Positions 24,885-37,896 of a stretch of DNA of 64,000 bases are shown in pieces; the stretch's first letter is position 1; each line of letters opens with the position of its first letter. The position numbers and the translations under genes were made by a program. The stretch is from positions 12,710,001 through 12,774,000 of the forward strand of contig JBHGNT010000013.1 in NCBI GenBank assembly GCA_043228905.1, given 5' to 3'. The notes under the pieces were generated by a model that saw only the letters and a program-made list of their open reading frames with translations, was not told the DNA's origin and searched no databases. The stretch comes from Azolla caroliniana (lineage: Eukaryota; Plantae; Polypodiophyta).

Positions 24885-26295
24885 TGAAGGGCTAACCGTG
24901 GGTTCGACGTACAATGTACTATCCCACGAGCGTGCCATGTGTTGGCCGGCCGGCAAGGAAAAGAGGGATGGTTAGAGTCAAGAATGTAAAAGGGATATTT
25001 AATTAGGAATAGGGAGTTGAAATGAATAAGTATGATGAAATTAATTAAGATTATGCTATTTTGAGAAGCGAACGGACGGACCCAGAATCGGTATGCCGAT
25101 TCGGATCCAGACCGGATCGTTGCCGGTTGCCAGTTGGCATCAGTTTGTAACTCAGTCGAAGACCTATAAAAGGACCCAGCAAGAATGTAATAAACGACGC
25201 ATAATTAATAGAAGTGATGTTTTTTATGTATGTTTAAGTGCCTATCTGGTTACCGTCCTGTGCTTAATATAGTTAATCTTACGCGTGTGTTATGACTAAT
25301 TAAGGGTGTCGGTTAGTAATCGGTAAGACCCATTCGCTATTACGGTCTATCCAGATCTTCCCGTACCATCCTTTGGTGAAGTGTTCCATAGGGACACCCT
25401 GTGTTAGGGCTTGTCCAGTCTAAGAGATAACATTGTCGACATACTCGTTCGACTGTCGACCAGTCCTCAATAAGGCCATTCGCTCCGTCATCGGCTTCAA
25501 GCTCGATCCCGATGGCCATCCGCTCCTTCTGGTCGATCGACTTTACGAACAGTAGGACTTTATCCACCCTCACCAATCTTTGTTCCCGCTCCGGGAGCCG
25601 AGCAACCCACTGGTCGTTGCACCCTAATGGCTCTTCACCGATGCAACCCACTGGTCGAAGTCACGTCGACCCCGGCTTTTCAGCCGCCCTCTGTATGCCT
25701 CCTAGAGCGCCTCTTCGAATGCCTCCCACAAACTAGGAGCTCCTCAGAGCTCCTTTACCTCCACATTCATCCGGACGGCTACCACCCAATAGAAGAATTC
25801 TAGCCTCAACGCCTCATAAATATCTCTTACTGCCATTTCCGCGTTATAGGCTTCCAAATAGAATGGAACTTTGTCCCCATTGAAACAGCTGACTCGATCA
25901 ACCATGCTCTCGACAGCTTGTTGCGCCGTTTCTCGTCTCATTGTCACTCGTCCGAACTCCACCACTATTTTCGCCATCATCTCTGTGAAGTCTTTGTCTT
26001 CCAACTCCATCCTCCCTTGTTGTCCTTTCACGTCTGTTTCACTAGAGATGTCGCAAAAATCCACAAGTGTGTCAAAACGGGGCGGGACCACTAGGGTCTT
26101 GGACTAGAGAGAGACGGAGGAGGAAAGACCAAGCTTCACCGGTACCGGTTAGGCTGGTTGAGACACCGATCGGAGCGTTTCCGGATACACACTGGAGGTA
26201 ACCGAACGAGACAGTGAGAGAGACAGACGCACAGACAAAGAGAGAACATGCGCGCAACGCTCTTACTCAACACACATTCCTTGTATACAGAAAAT

Positions 26296-27112
26296 TGTTA
26301 GGAATATGTCCCTCTAGTGGGAGGAGCTAGCTACTCGTAGAGAGCCGGCAGCCGAAGACAGGGAGCAGCCGACTGATCGAATAAGAGCCGACAGTTGAGG
26401 AGTTGACTCAAAGAGAGTTGATTGAGGTATTCAAATCGAATACACAGTACCGAAGACCCCTGAGTTGAACGGGCTTGTAGAGAGGATGAACCAGAAAATC
26501 ATGGAGAGAGTAAGGAGCATGTTGTCGCATGCTAAACTGCCAAAAATATACTGGGTTGAGGCGATGTACACGGATGTTTATCTAATCAACAGGTCTCCCT
26601 CAGTGCCATTGAAAGGTGAAGTCCCACAAAGGGTGTTGACAGGAAAGAATGTCTCCTACCAACACCTGAGGGTGTTCGGATGTCTAGTATATATGCATGT
26701 GGCTAAGGATCGAAGGGCGAAGCTACTTGTATACAGAAAACTATTAGGAATATGTCCCTCCAGTGAGAGGAGTCGCTGCTCGGAGAGAGTCGACAGTCGA
26801 AGACAAGGATCAGTTGATTGATCAAATGAGAGCCGACAGTTGAGGAGTCAACTCAGAGAGAGTTGATCGAGGTCGAAGACACGACCGGATGGTCGATAAC
26901 CAGGCCGCCTAGTCGGACCGACCCGACATCGACAAATGAGTCGGCTGATTAGTAAGACTATTATTAATATTAGATAATAATAGGAATGACAGTAGCAATA
27001 ACTACATTTGTAAATAGCCAATACTTTGTATTAGTATAAATACACCTAGGGCAAACAATGTATGAAGAGAGTGTGCGGAAGAACGTAGAAAAATAGTGAA
27101 GAGTGTGAACGT

Positions 27113-27152
<40 letters not shown>

Positions 27153-30100
27153 GCACCATAGCTGTGTTCAGTGACAACATACGCCAAGAGCCCTGCGAGG
27201 TTGTTTACACTCTGTGTAGAGAGTGTTGTACTCTAATCTCGTCATTGTATATCCATTGTATACAGAAGCTCCATTCTTCATGGTTTTCTCCCGTTTTAGG
27301 GTTTCCACGTTAAATCTGTGTACATTGTTTTCTGTGTATTAGAGTTGTGTATTTCAGCGTATTCCTTTTCTTGTGGATTGACAATTCGTTTCTCAACAAA
27401 CTAGTATCAGAGCTTCAAGTGCAAGCATGGAAGGAGGTGTGAGTGGATTCCTAGGAATGATAGGTCTAAACTCTCAGAACTATGCAGACTTGAAGATAAA
27501 GATGGAGGACCTTCTCATACTCAAAGACTGGTACGAGCCAATCGACAGAGCAGAAATACCCACGGGGGTATTAGAGTCAGAATAGAAATTTCTTAACAGA
27601 AAGGCGGTGGACACCATCCGACAATACGTCGATGTAAGTGTTCTTCGGCATGTGGCGAATGACACAAATGCCTACGGGATGTGGCAGAAGCTATCAAGTC
27701 TATATGAGAGGAAGAACGCCCTCAATAAAACCTCACTGATGAGAAAGATCGTACGGTTGAAATACAAAGACGGTCAGAGCATCGTTGAACACATCAGCAC
27801 ATTCATGGGGTGTGTAAAACAACTTGTTGCAACCAAGTTTCCCCTTGATAATGTCATGCAGGCCATCCTACTAATGTGCACATTACCAGATAGCTGGGAG
27901 AACCCGGTGGTTACTCTCAGCACCTTTTGTCAACAAGAGAACTTGTTTTTCCAAGCTGTGAAGACAAGCATCCTGAATGAGGAAGCGAGAAGGAAGGACA
28001 AGGGTGTCCTAGTCCAGTCGTAGTCAAATTTGACTCAACACATCGGCAAAGGAAGGAACCGGCAAAGGAGTCCACCAAAGAGAGAAAAGTCTCAAGCCAG
28101 GTCAAAGTCCAGAGGAAAGCTCGTGTGCTTTGATTGTGGAAAGCCTGGACATTTCCAGAAGGACTACTGACACCTCAAGAAGGAAAAGAGTGTCAGTAAT
28201 AATGTCGAGCCCAGGAAGATTCCTAAAGAAAAGAACTCTTCAGCCATTGCTACGAGCAATGAAGAACTTCTATTCATTTGGGAACAGACAAGTGCAAATC
28301 TTGCAAGCGAAGAATGCACTTGGGTGATCGACTTCGGAGCATCGTTTCACATAACTCCGTCAAGAGAGTATTTAGAACTCGACTTACATAACTAGTGATC
28401 ATGGTTATCTAAAGATGGGTGACAGTGGGGGGTGCAAGACGTCGAAAGTGTCTGCCTGACGACATCAACAGGGTGTCGGTTGACTCTGAAGGATGTTCGA
28501 CATGTCCCCGATATCAGACTAAACCTGATACCGACTGGAAGACTGGACGACGAAGACTACAATGGTAGTTTTCGAAATGGCAAGTGGAAGTTTTGCCAAG
28601 GAAATCTTATTATAGTGGCCCGAGCACATAAGGAAGGCACATTGTATATGATGCAAGCCCGACTATGCAAGTCGGAAGTGAATGTGGCAGCCGACTCGGC
28701 AGGACAGAATGCACTTGGGTGATCGACTCCGGAGCATCCTTTCACATAACTCCGTCAAGAGAGTATTTCTCGACTTACATAACTAGTGATCATGGTTATC
28801 TAAAGATGGGTGACAGTGGGGAGTGCAAGATAGCCGGAATCGGAAGTGTCTGCCTGACGACGTCAACAGGGTGTCGGCTGACTCTGAAGGATGTTCAACA
28901 TGTCCCCGATATCAGACTAAACTTGATATCGATTGGAAGACTGGACGACGAAGGCTACAATGGTAGTTTTCGGAATGGCAAGTGGAAGTTCTGCCGAGGA
29001 AATCTTATTATAGTGGCCCAAGCACAGAAGGAAGGCGCATTGTATATGATGCAAGCCCGACTATGCAAGTCAGAAGTGAATGTGGCAACCGACTCAACAA
29101 GACAGATATGGCATAAGAGGCTAGCCCACATGAGTGAGAAGGGTTTGCATCAGCTAGACGACCAAAAACTTCTACCAGAGGTAAAGGGAGTGCACCTAGA
29201 GAAGTGCGTCGACTGCTTAGTTGGAAAGTAGAACAGAGCAGCATTCCACACAAGACCACCGAGAAGAAGAGAAGTGCCATTGGAACTGGTACACATAAAT
29301 GTGTGTTATGTAGATGCTCCATCACATCGAGACGGACAGTACTTTGTGACTTTCATCGATGACTATAGTCGAAAGTTGTGAGCTTTTGACTAAGGTCAAA
29401 AGATCAAGTACTGTCATTTTTTAAGGAGTTCCAAGCAAAAGCTAACGGGAGTCAGGTCGGAAGTTGAAGGTTGTCTGAACTGACAATGGTGGTGAATATA
29501 AAGGGTAGTTTGAGGTATACTGCAAGACCCAAGGTATTTGAATCGAATACACAGTACCGAAGATCCCTGAGTTAAACGGGCTTGCAAAGAGGATGAACTA
29601 GAAAATCATGGAGAGAGTAAGGAGCATGTTGTCGCATGCTAAACTGCCAAAAATATACGATGTACACGGTTATTTATCTGATCAACAAGTCTCCCTTAGT
29701 GCCATTGAAAGGTGAAGTCCCACAAAGGGTGTTGACAAGAAAGAATGTCTCCTACCAACACATGAGGGTGTTTGGATGTCTAGTATATATGCATGTGGCT
29801 ACGGATCGAAGGGCGAAGCTACTTGTATATAGAAAACTATTAGGAATATGTCCCTCCGGTGGGAGGAGCCGACTGCTCAGAGAGAGCCGACAGTCGAAGA
29901 CAAGGAGCAGTCAACTGATCAGATGAGAGCCGATAGTTGAGGAGTCGACTCAGAGAGAGTTGATTGAGGTCGAAGACACGATCGGCTAGTCGAGCTGACC
30001 GGATGGTCAATGACCAGGCCGACTAATCGGACCGACCCGACAGTCGACAGATGAGTCGGTTGATTATTAAGAGTCAAGACTATTATTAATATTAGATATA

Positions 30101-30482
30101 ATAGGAATGACAATAGCAGTGGCTACATTTGTAAATAGCCAATATTGTGTATTAGTATAAATACACCTAGGGCAAACAATGTATGAAGAGAGTGTGTGGA
30201 AGAAGGTAGAAAAATAGTGAAGAGTACGAATGTGAGGAGAGAGAGAGTGTGGTGCCATAGCTGTGTTTAGTAACGCCATACGCTAAGAGCCCTACGAGGT
30301 TGTTTACACTCTGTGTAGAGTGTTGTACTCTGATCTCGTCATTGTATATCCACTGTATAGTGAAGCTCCGTTCTCCGTGGTTTTCTCCCGTTTTAGGGTT
30401 TCCACGTTAAATTTGTATACACTGTTTTCTGTGTATTTCAGTGTATTCCTTTTCTTGTGGATTGACGATCCATTTCTCAACA
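26296..30482 (+). mobile_element. Rearranged Ty1/copia element F with three LTR copies, gag-PR-partial INT, and no RT/RNase H
   Basis: LTR fragment 26296-26428; full LTRs 26742-27398 and 29838-30482; PBS tagtatcagagc 27402-27413; gag from 27427; WVIDSGASFH protease; WHKRLAHMSEKG; NGLVERMNQ integrase; TSD aaaat/aaaac inside the LTR of element C. Confidence 0.9.
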
Positions 30483-30535
30483 AAAACTGGAAAAGAAAGA
30501 AATACAACCGACATCGGCCGAGACCGTTACGCACA

Positions 30536-30539
<4 letters not shown>

Positions 30540-30576
<37 letters not shown>
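30540..30576. repeat. (TA)n microsatellite within the element C LTR; others are (GA)n 11728-11758 and 27115-27150, C25 at 42831-42855, and (CT)n(CA)n at ~52993-53035
   Basis: Read directly from the sequence. Confidence 0.9.
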
Positions 30577-30580
<4 letters not shown>

Positions 30581-31831
30581 AACATAATACAGCTCTAAGC
30601 AGACCAAATTGCATCAACCGTCTGCAGGCAAGCCGCCAATCGGGGAGCTCCCGGGCTTGTCGCACCGAGTGGCCTTGCACAAAAGACAATGCAAAAATCA
30701 GAAAACTCCACAGAGCATATGAGCTCGAACGGAACTAAACCCTAAACCAAAAATGAAACCCCAAACCCAAACAAACAAACGGTAAGCTAAACAACAGAGA
30801 GAAAACAAAAACCGACAAAACCAAAACGGGGTACTAACAGAACCGGGGAACCCTTTCATAAGAGACCCCTCCCTCCTTTTATAGCACAAGGAAGGGGGTA
30901 CATTATAAGTCGGTCAAATATCCCCCTTTTGGGGGGATATTTGCCTCGATATGTGAAGCGATATGTGAAGCGATGATTGATGGGAGTACATTCAACACCC
31001 TCACTTTCACACCCCACTATGTATGCAAGTGCACTTATGACACTTATTAATTGTACCGGCACGCACCCATTTGCACCCTTCACCTTTCCCCTTTTATTTC
31101 TATATACATTTCTTAGTGTACATGTGCACATGTTGCACATTGTCGACTTTGGCCGTTCCATCCGGTTTTCTCATTGTCGCCGGAAATCTTCGTGACAACG
31201 AAGCATCAGATTCTAATATTATGCATGTTTAATATTTTACTTTGCATCAGATTAGTGTGTTGCGCAATCAAACGCAGAAAGATGATTCTGCAATCCAAGA
31301 ATGTGACATTTTTCTAACACAGTTTTGACATTGCATATTTTTAAATCGACTTCCGACATTTGTCTGTGGTAAAACCGACAAGCTTGACCAATTTATTCCA
31401 AAGGTTCAATATAATCTCAAAAGGTAATAAGAAACAGTTAGCTGTCATGCATGTATGTACAGCCTTTTCTAGTTAAATAAATCATCCAATTTGCCACAAA
31501 TTGCAACCAAAAACTTGATTATTTGGAACACAATGACAAATTCCTAATTTGCAAGTCTTGCTCAATAATTATAATGATAATAAAAATAAAGCCTGTCCCC
31601 ACAATTAATGCTATTGAGCGGAATGTGGCAGAACTCGCAACATCCCTGATAAGTAGCAAGTCAGCCCTAGTGTAGAAATGCACTGCTATGCAAAGCTATT
31701 ATGCAAAGCCTCTCTCCATTTCAAAATTGGTCATGCACTACCATTCATTTGGGTTGGTTGGTGGGGGGGGGGGGGGGGGACAGGATCCATGGAAGAGAAT
31801 TTTCAACTGGCATCCACTGTAGGATATAGAA

Positions 31832-34800
31832 TCATCGCAATTGCACTGACGAGCATAATAACCCAGATGCATCTGCACCAATCACAGCCAATTCGCATAC
31901 AGGGCAAATAGAACCATCTGTTTCTGGCACAAAATGTGATCCACAATATGGACATAGTATATCCTTACTCCCCCTGTAGATTGGTGTGAATGTCGCCCCA
32001 CATATAATGAAGGGATTTCTTGGGTCATAATTGAGTTGAGCTTCATCCTTTGGGTTTTTCTCACATGCAGCTAAGACTTGGCGAGCTTTTGCAGTAATTT
32101 GCGGTGATGGGTTGAGCTCGAGGAGCCTTCTACAAAATGTACTTGCTGTATTGAAGTTCTTTCCTTTGTAAGCAAGGGCCATGGCAGATTGCAAACTCAG
32201 CTTCAGATGCACATTTTGGATATTGCAGTGTGTGAAGTATGCTGCAAGCTCTTGTTGACGAATTAAATCATCTTTGGTATCCTTCCGCTTCAATTCTATA
32301 CGAATTGCAAGAACATACTCTTTGCAGATCCCCACTAATTCTTTCACTTCATCTACTTCCCTTCGGCTGTCCACTACAAGAAGAGGGATCATGTGGAGTA
32401 TGCCTAGAAAGAGCTTTAATGCCTCCGTAAACTTTCCTTCTGTTGTGACCTTGTAGGCACTCTTTAACTTCTCCTCAAGCAATGAAAGTTTGTATATTAA
32501 GGCAGGGGGGTTTCGAATATTGGGTGATGAACTTTCATTCCATCCCTTCTCTAAAGCCAATGGAACCACAGGTATTGATGCAAATGCAGGCAAGTATGCA
32601 TGACTAGCTGCATGAATATCTTCAAATAAAGGTTTTAGAGGTGTAAAGTTCCTTATTCCCAATTGTCTATTCAATAAACGCATCGCAGCATCAAATGCTC
32701 CTGCAGCAACTAATTCTCCAGCTAATGAAGATTTCTGTGTCCAGACTTGGCTCACAGGAACACCAACAGAAGGGGCAATAAACAAACCAGGTGTGGAAGT
32801 TGTAACAATCTCAGTGGCACTAACATCAGCTGGAAGCTCGAGATCTTCCATTTCCCAACCTCCCTCTTCATCACCACCACCATCTTGAGCTTCATCAGTT
32901 TCAACTATAACTACATCTCCATTCTGGCCTTCAGCTTCCACAAGTTCAACCTCCTCACCCCAAGCATGTGCATCCACATCTTCCTCTTCAATGGTTCCAG
33001 ATTCGCTGAATGCTCCTTCAAAAAGACCTTTACTAACAAGGAGCAAAGGCCAATTGCCATCAAGCAGAACAGGGGATGGTGGTAACAATAGTTCTGATTT
33101 CTCAGGGAGAGAGGGAACATTATCACCAAGCTGTTCTGAAATTCGACTTGCCACATCATCAAGCCCATGGACTGAAGCAGTAGTATATGCAAGAGCTAGT
33201 TGTCCTGCCTCTTCCAAAATTCTTACTCGTTCCTCAACATCACCCAAGTAAAGACTATTGTGATAGCGTCCCATTATGTCATTTCTCATCTCAGCAATTT
33301 TGAGCATTTTCTTCAGCTTCTCCAGGTTGCCAGTAATAAGGTAGATGAAAGACAGTCTTTCAAAATTTTTAGTTTTCTGATAGCTGAATTCCAGGATCTC
33401 GTGATTCCCTTGCCTTAAAGCTTCAACTCCCAGCCTATACCAATGATCTTTCTCATCGATCTCTTTAGCAGATGCTAAGGCAACAGCAATATTCCCAGAT
33501 TCAATAGCCAGATTGAAACGAGTCCTTTCATCCTTCACAAAATGCAGAGCAATGTCTGGATAACCTTTCTGTTGAAGATACGCAATAATGGCTTCTCCAC
33601 ATAGTTGCGAAGACTTAATCATCTGAATAACTTCATTAAATCTTTTCTTTATCAAAGCCAGTTTGAACATGTACTCAGTGGAGTCTATCTGCAGGTCACG
33701 GACTTTCCCATCTCGATCCAAACAGTGGAGGGTACTTCCCAAAACCTTAACTATATATACTGGTACATCTAGAGTCCTAATGATGCCATTGTCCCCATTA
33801 GGAAGACAATATTTGATATGATTCAAAGTTGCATAAATGAAAACGCCCACATTTGTTTCATCCCAACCACCACTCTTTACACGAATTGTTTCATGTAGTG
33901 TGCACTTATGTTCAAGGGTCTTCGTTGCAATTATGATTGCATGCTTGCTTATCAAAGCTACATTTTCCATGTCTGTTGACCAAACCACATACTTGACATA
34001 AGGTGTCTGGATCTCACCTAAGTTGGTCCTTTGCTGTACATCAAAGAGAATGATTCGATCCTCTAAGCGGCACAAGAGGTTACCAGTGCCAGCATAGAAG
34101 AGAGCATCTGTTGATGGTAGAGGTAAGGGGCATTTTTTTGTGACTTCATTTTTTAGATTCTTTAGGACAATCTGATTCGTAGCCTTATCAATGATCGCAA
34201 ACCTATTTCGGCTTATAAATACTGCAGAGACACCAAGGCCTCTTTTTGGTTCTTGACTGTCCTTAACAGCTGTATCTTTGGGTATTACATATAATTCATA
34301 AGAACCACCATCAACGTCTGAGCAAATTAATACAGAATTCTCAGCTGGATTATAACTCATTGATCTAGGACCTTGATTCATGCCTGTTGTGCCTGGCCTT
34401 CTGATAGAGATCAAGGAAGTTTCTTTTGCTACCGCCAAGTCATAACTACGAAGATGTCGCTCCTTCACATAGAATAAAGTTCCCCTGTACACTGTATATG
34501 CCGGCCTCTCTCTTTCCAGTTTAAAGACAATCATGCCACTATCATGACCAGCTGCCAAAAGATTCATCTCAGGATGGGCTGTAAGTATCCAAAAGCGATC
34601 ATGCTCCCTACGGAAAGTTTGTACACCTGTTCGTTTTGACATGTCCCACACTCGAATACTCTTATCCTCAGAGTTTGACACAATGACATCTTGCCGAGCA
34701 TGAAACATTACACAGGATACATTGTTGACATGACCACGCAAAGTATCAACTTCCCAAGCTTTGGTATCTGATGAAAGCCATTACAAAACATAGAAGCATA

Positions 34801-37800
34801 AATGTATTGATATTAGTATACTATGCAAAAATGCTTTAAATCCAACAGAAACTATAATAAAATAAATAAAGCGGTGTGTGCAATGCTACTGCTATAAGAC
34901 ATTCAAATTGTAGGAAACATTTCACGCAGCAAAACCAGTAAACAGTGCATACAATTGCTGAATATAGAAAGATGTAATCAAGTGTGTATCTCTGCCATTA
35001 GAAATGGAAAAGCACATTTTCTTGACTTATGCTTAATTCCAGTAGAATACACATAACATGCAAGAAACCAAAACCAAACACGAAATTCCGAATTCCGAAT
35101 TCCCCATAAAAGAGTTTTTAATCTTCTAATTATATCAATTTTTCCCTGTATAATGAGACAGTTTTCCTCAATTCATAACTCATATCGGTCACTGGGTTAC
35201 CCATCATTTTATGATCACACTGTTTAATGTGCTTCCACCTCATCAGGACTAGAATTCCTCTGTGGATTCTCATCGGCCATCTTCTTTTTTATGACATTTT
35301 AGTCTCCTACTGTACCCATACATGTAATACATAATGCTTTCTGCATTCATTTGTGCGGTTATGTTTTGACTCTTTATATAAATAAAAGAATTCAAGTAAT
35401 TTGAAATCAGTTGATTCATTACAAAAGCCTTAACCATGGAGTTCGAACAGTTACCCATTGTATCATATGAAATCCTAGGTTTGTGCTAGTTAGCTACTAT
35501 ATCATATATATAAAGCAGTAATAGCATACATACTCAAAACATCAGTGTATTCAAGTTTTTTTGAAAGTTTATATCTCAACATTCATCAAATAAAGCAATG
35601 TTAACGTACATGATCCATCACCCCCCACACTGTATTTCCATCACTTCTTCCAACATGCATCAAATAACACAATGTTAAGTAAAATAATCCATCACCCCAC
35701 ACAATAAATTTCTAATGCAGATACAACCATGATCAATAAGCAACATCATTACATTTCTATAGTAAAATTTCTAGCAATGGAGGAAGTACAAACCAGCTTT
35801 TCTTTACTTTAACAGAAAGTGAAGGTGAAGGCAAGATATAATTAACCTTGTACATAATTCAAACCTAAACAATATTATCCTTTGTATGCATAACGGTGAC
35901 ATTTTTTACTTCAACTTTATCATTTCCATGGAAAATTCAAGACATATAAGTAACTGTTTCAAGTAAAGGGTATCACATTTGGTAACACCGGAAAATGCAA
36001 AGTTCTATCAATTCTGCAAAGGATATACTTACCATTCATTCGCCATAGCTTAACCTGACGATCATCAGCACCTGACACGATGAGTGGCAAAGTGGGGTGA
36101 AATGAAGCCCAATTGACACCTCTATCATGTCCCTCAAGTACATACTTGACAACAGCATCACCTCCACCAAAAAGATCAGTATTCATCTGTGTCAATCTCA
36201 ATATATCCTCTGCAGGAGCTACCGTTTTCTTCCTTAGAGCACTGATGTCCCAAACTCTAACTGTCTGATCAAGTGATGCAGACACTATATAGTCTTCCTT
36301 AACATGAAAAGATGCACACATCACATAATGATTGTGACCAGTAAGAACCGAAACGCAAGTGCGAGATTGCCAGTTCCAGATCCTGATTGTCTGATCATCA
36401 CTCGCACTCACTATCCATGGATACTCTTGATGGAATTGGACGGTACGAATGTAGTCAAGATGACCAAGAAGAGTGAAAAGGCATCTTCTCAATTTATAGT
36501 TCCAAACTTTGATCTTGTAATCATCCCCTACAAAAGAGAGAAAGAGAGAACAATGAAGTTTATAGAACTAAGAAAAATCCACTCTGTCTATTAAGTCATG
36601 AATAAATCAGAAGTAATGTCGTGGAGGAGAAACCAATTTTCTTTTATATTTCATTTTGCGATTAGATCAAAGGAAACAGCATTGAAATGTTAGGATTAAG
36701 GAAAATTCTTTCTTCACTCTAAGTTGCAAGCAGACCAAAATAAACTATCCCAATTATAGATCAATTTGAAAATTTTACAGAACTAAGTCATTCCAGATCT
36801 AAAACCCTGTCCATTAACGAGTAAAATATAAAACAAACTAAAATGCACAACATGCGAGCATTTACAGAATTACGCAACTCCTTGTTGTATTTCACAAACA
36901 GAAACATTGCGATTTAAATGGAAATATTTACGCGTATAGGTTCCAAAACTAAAGTGAAACAAACCAAAATGCAAAACTGTTAAGTACTTGAGTATAAACG
37001 CTTTGACGCATTTTATATTATGAATATAACAAAAGCAGCAGCATTGAAAATGCAAATGATAAGGCAGATCTTGATTGCTTCCATGTGATGGATCCATCAA
37101 GGTTGCCAAACTATGAAAAATGAATAAAAGAAACCAAATTCCAGTTTTTGAGATCGTCTACGGAAAACTCTTTCTGCATTTACACATCTTGAATAGAAAC
37201 ATTTAGATCTAAAAAACTTTAAGTCTAGGTTCTTTTACCTGGAAGAATGTAATGCGGATCCACTTATCATACAAAAATGGAAAGAATCAGACCTAGCAAG
37301 CTTATCCATCTAGGTAAATTGAGTAAAAATTCGTGTCAATTAAGAGAGGCAGCGAGGGGCGTACATACTTCTAAAAGAAAAGAGAGGTTGAGATTTATTA
37401 AGTGGAACAAAAATAACAATCTAAATGTACAAACAATCAGCCCTAAAAGCTTATACATCTAGGTTCTTCCACAAGGCTGATCAGAACAAACAAAATCAAT
37501 AATAAAATGCAGTACTCAGAAGAATTATTGAGTGAATTTAATTTGACCTAATGAAAACGGAACTAACCAGACCTGAAAAGTTTATCCGTCTTGGTTCTCG
37601 CAAATAGAAAAAACTAAAGCAAGAAAGACGAACTAGATAGTACAAAAACCATAACGGCTGAGAGAGAGAGAGAGAATGACCAGCATACCTCCAGAAACGA
37701 AGAGAGGTTGAGTTTTATGGAAGTGAACTCCTCTTACAGGGCCTTCGTGTTCATCGAATCTATCAATCAGAGTTCCCATACGATAATCCCATAGTTGAAT

Positions 37801-37896
37801 CACTCCACTGTGAAGACTAGCCAAGATCCATGGTCTTCGAGGATGAAAACTCAGACCTTTCACACGATTACTCTTCGTCTCGAATTTCGTCAGCAT
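31832..37896 (-). CDS. COPA: Coatomer subunit alpha (alpha-COP), 1212 aa; coding exons 37896-37689, 36527-36033, 34767-31832
   Basis: Starts [31 protein letters not shown]; WD40 repeats; C-terminal ELAAYFTHC...[21 protein letters not shown] introns with consistent phases (208+495+2936=3639 nt). A probable 5' UTR intron donor lies at 38518. Confidence 0.97.

Larger units (their letters stand above)
11570..31197 (-). mobile_element. Gag-only, non-autonomous LTR element C (tRNA-Trp family) hosting three nested insertions
   Basis: 3' LTR 11570-12792; 5' LTR 26049-26295 plus 30483-31197; degenerate Trp PBS 26027-26044; gag ~25432-26010 (FNGDKVPFYLEAY); remaining internal pieces 19314-19729 and 12793-13199; PPT ggtttggtgggggtgga next to 12793; outer flanks acgt/acga. 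Confidence 0.65.

Noticed and set aside
21727-25431. Self-contained element with tgtta...taaca termini
   Set aside because: The flanks (ccgg vs ttgtc) give no TSD, so the left end is more likely just the insertion point of element E.
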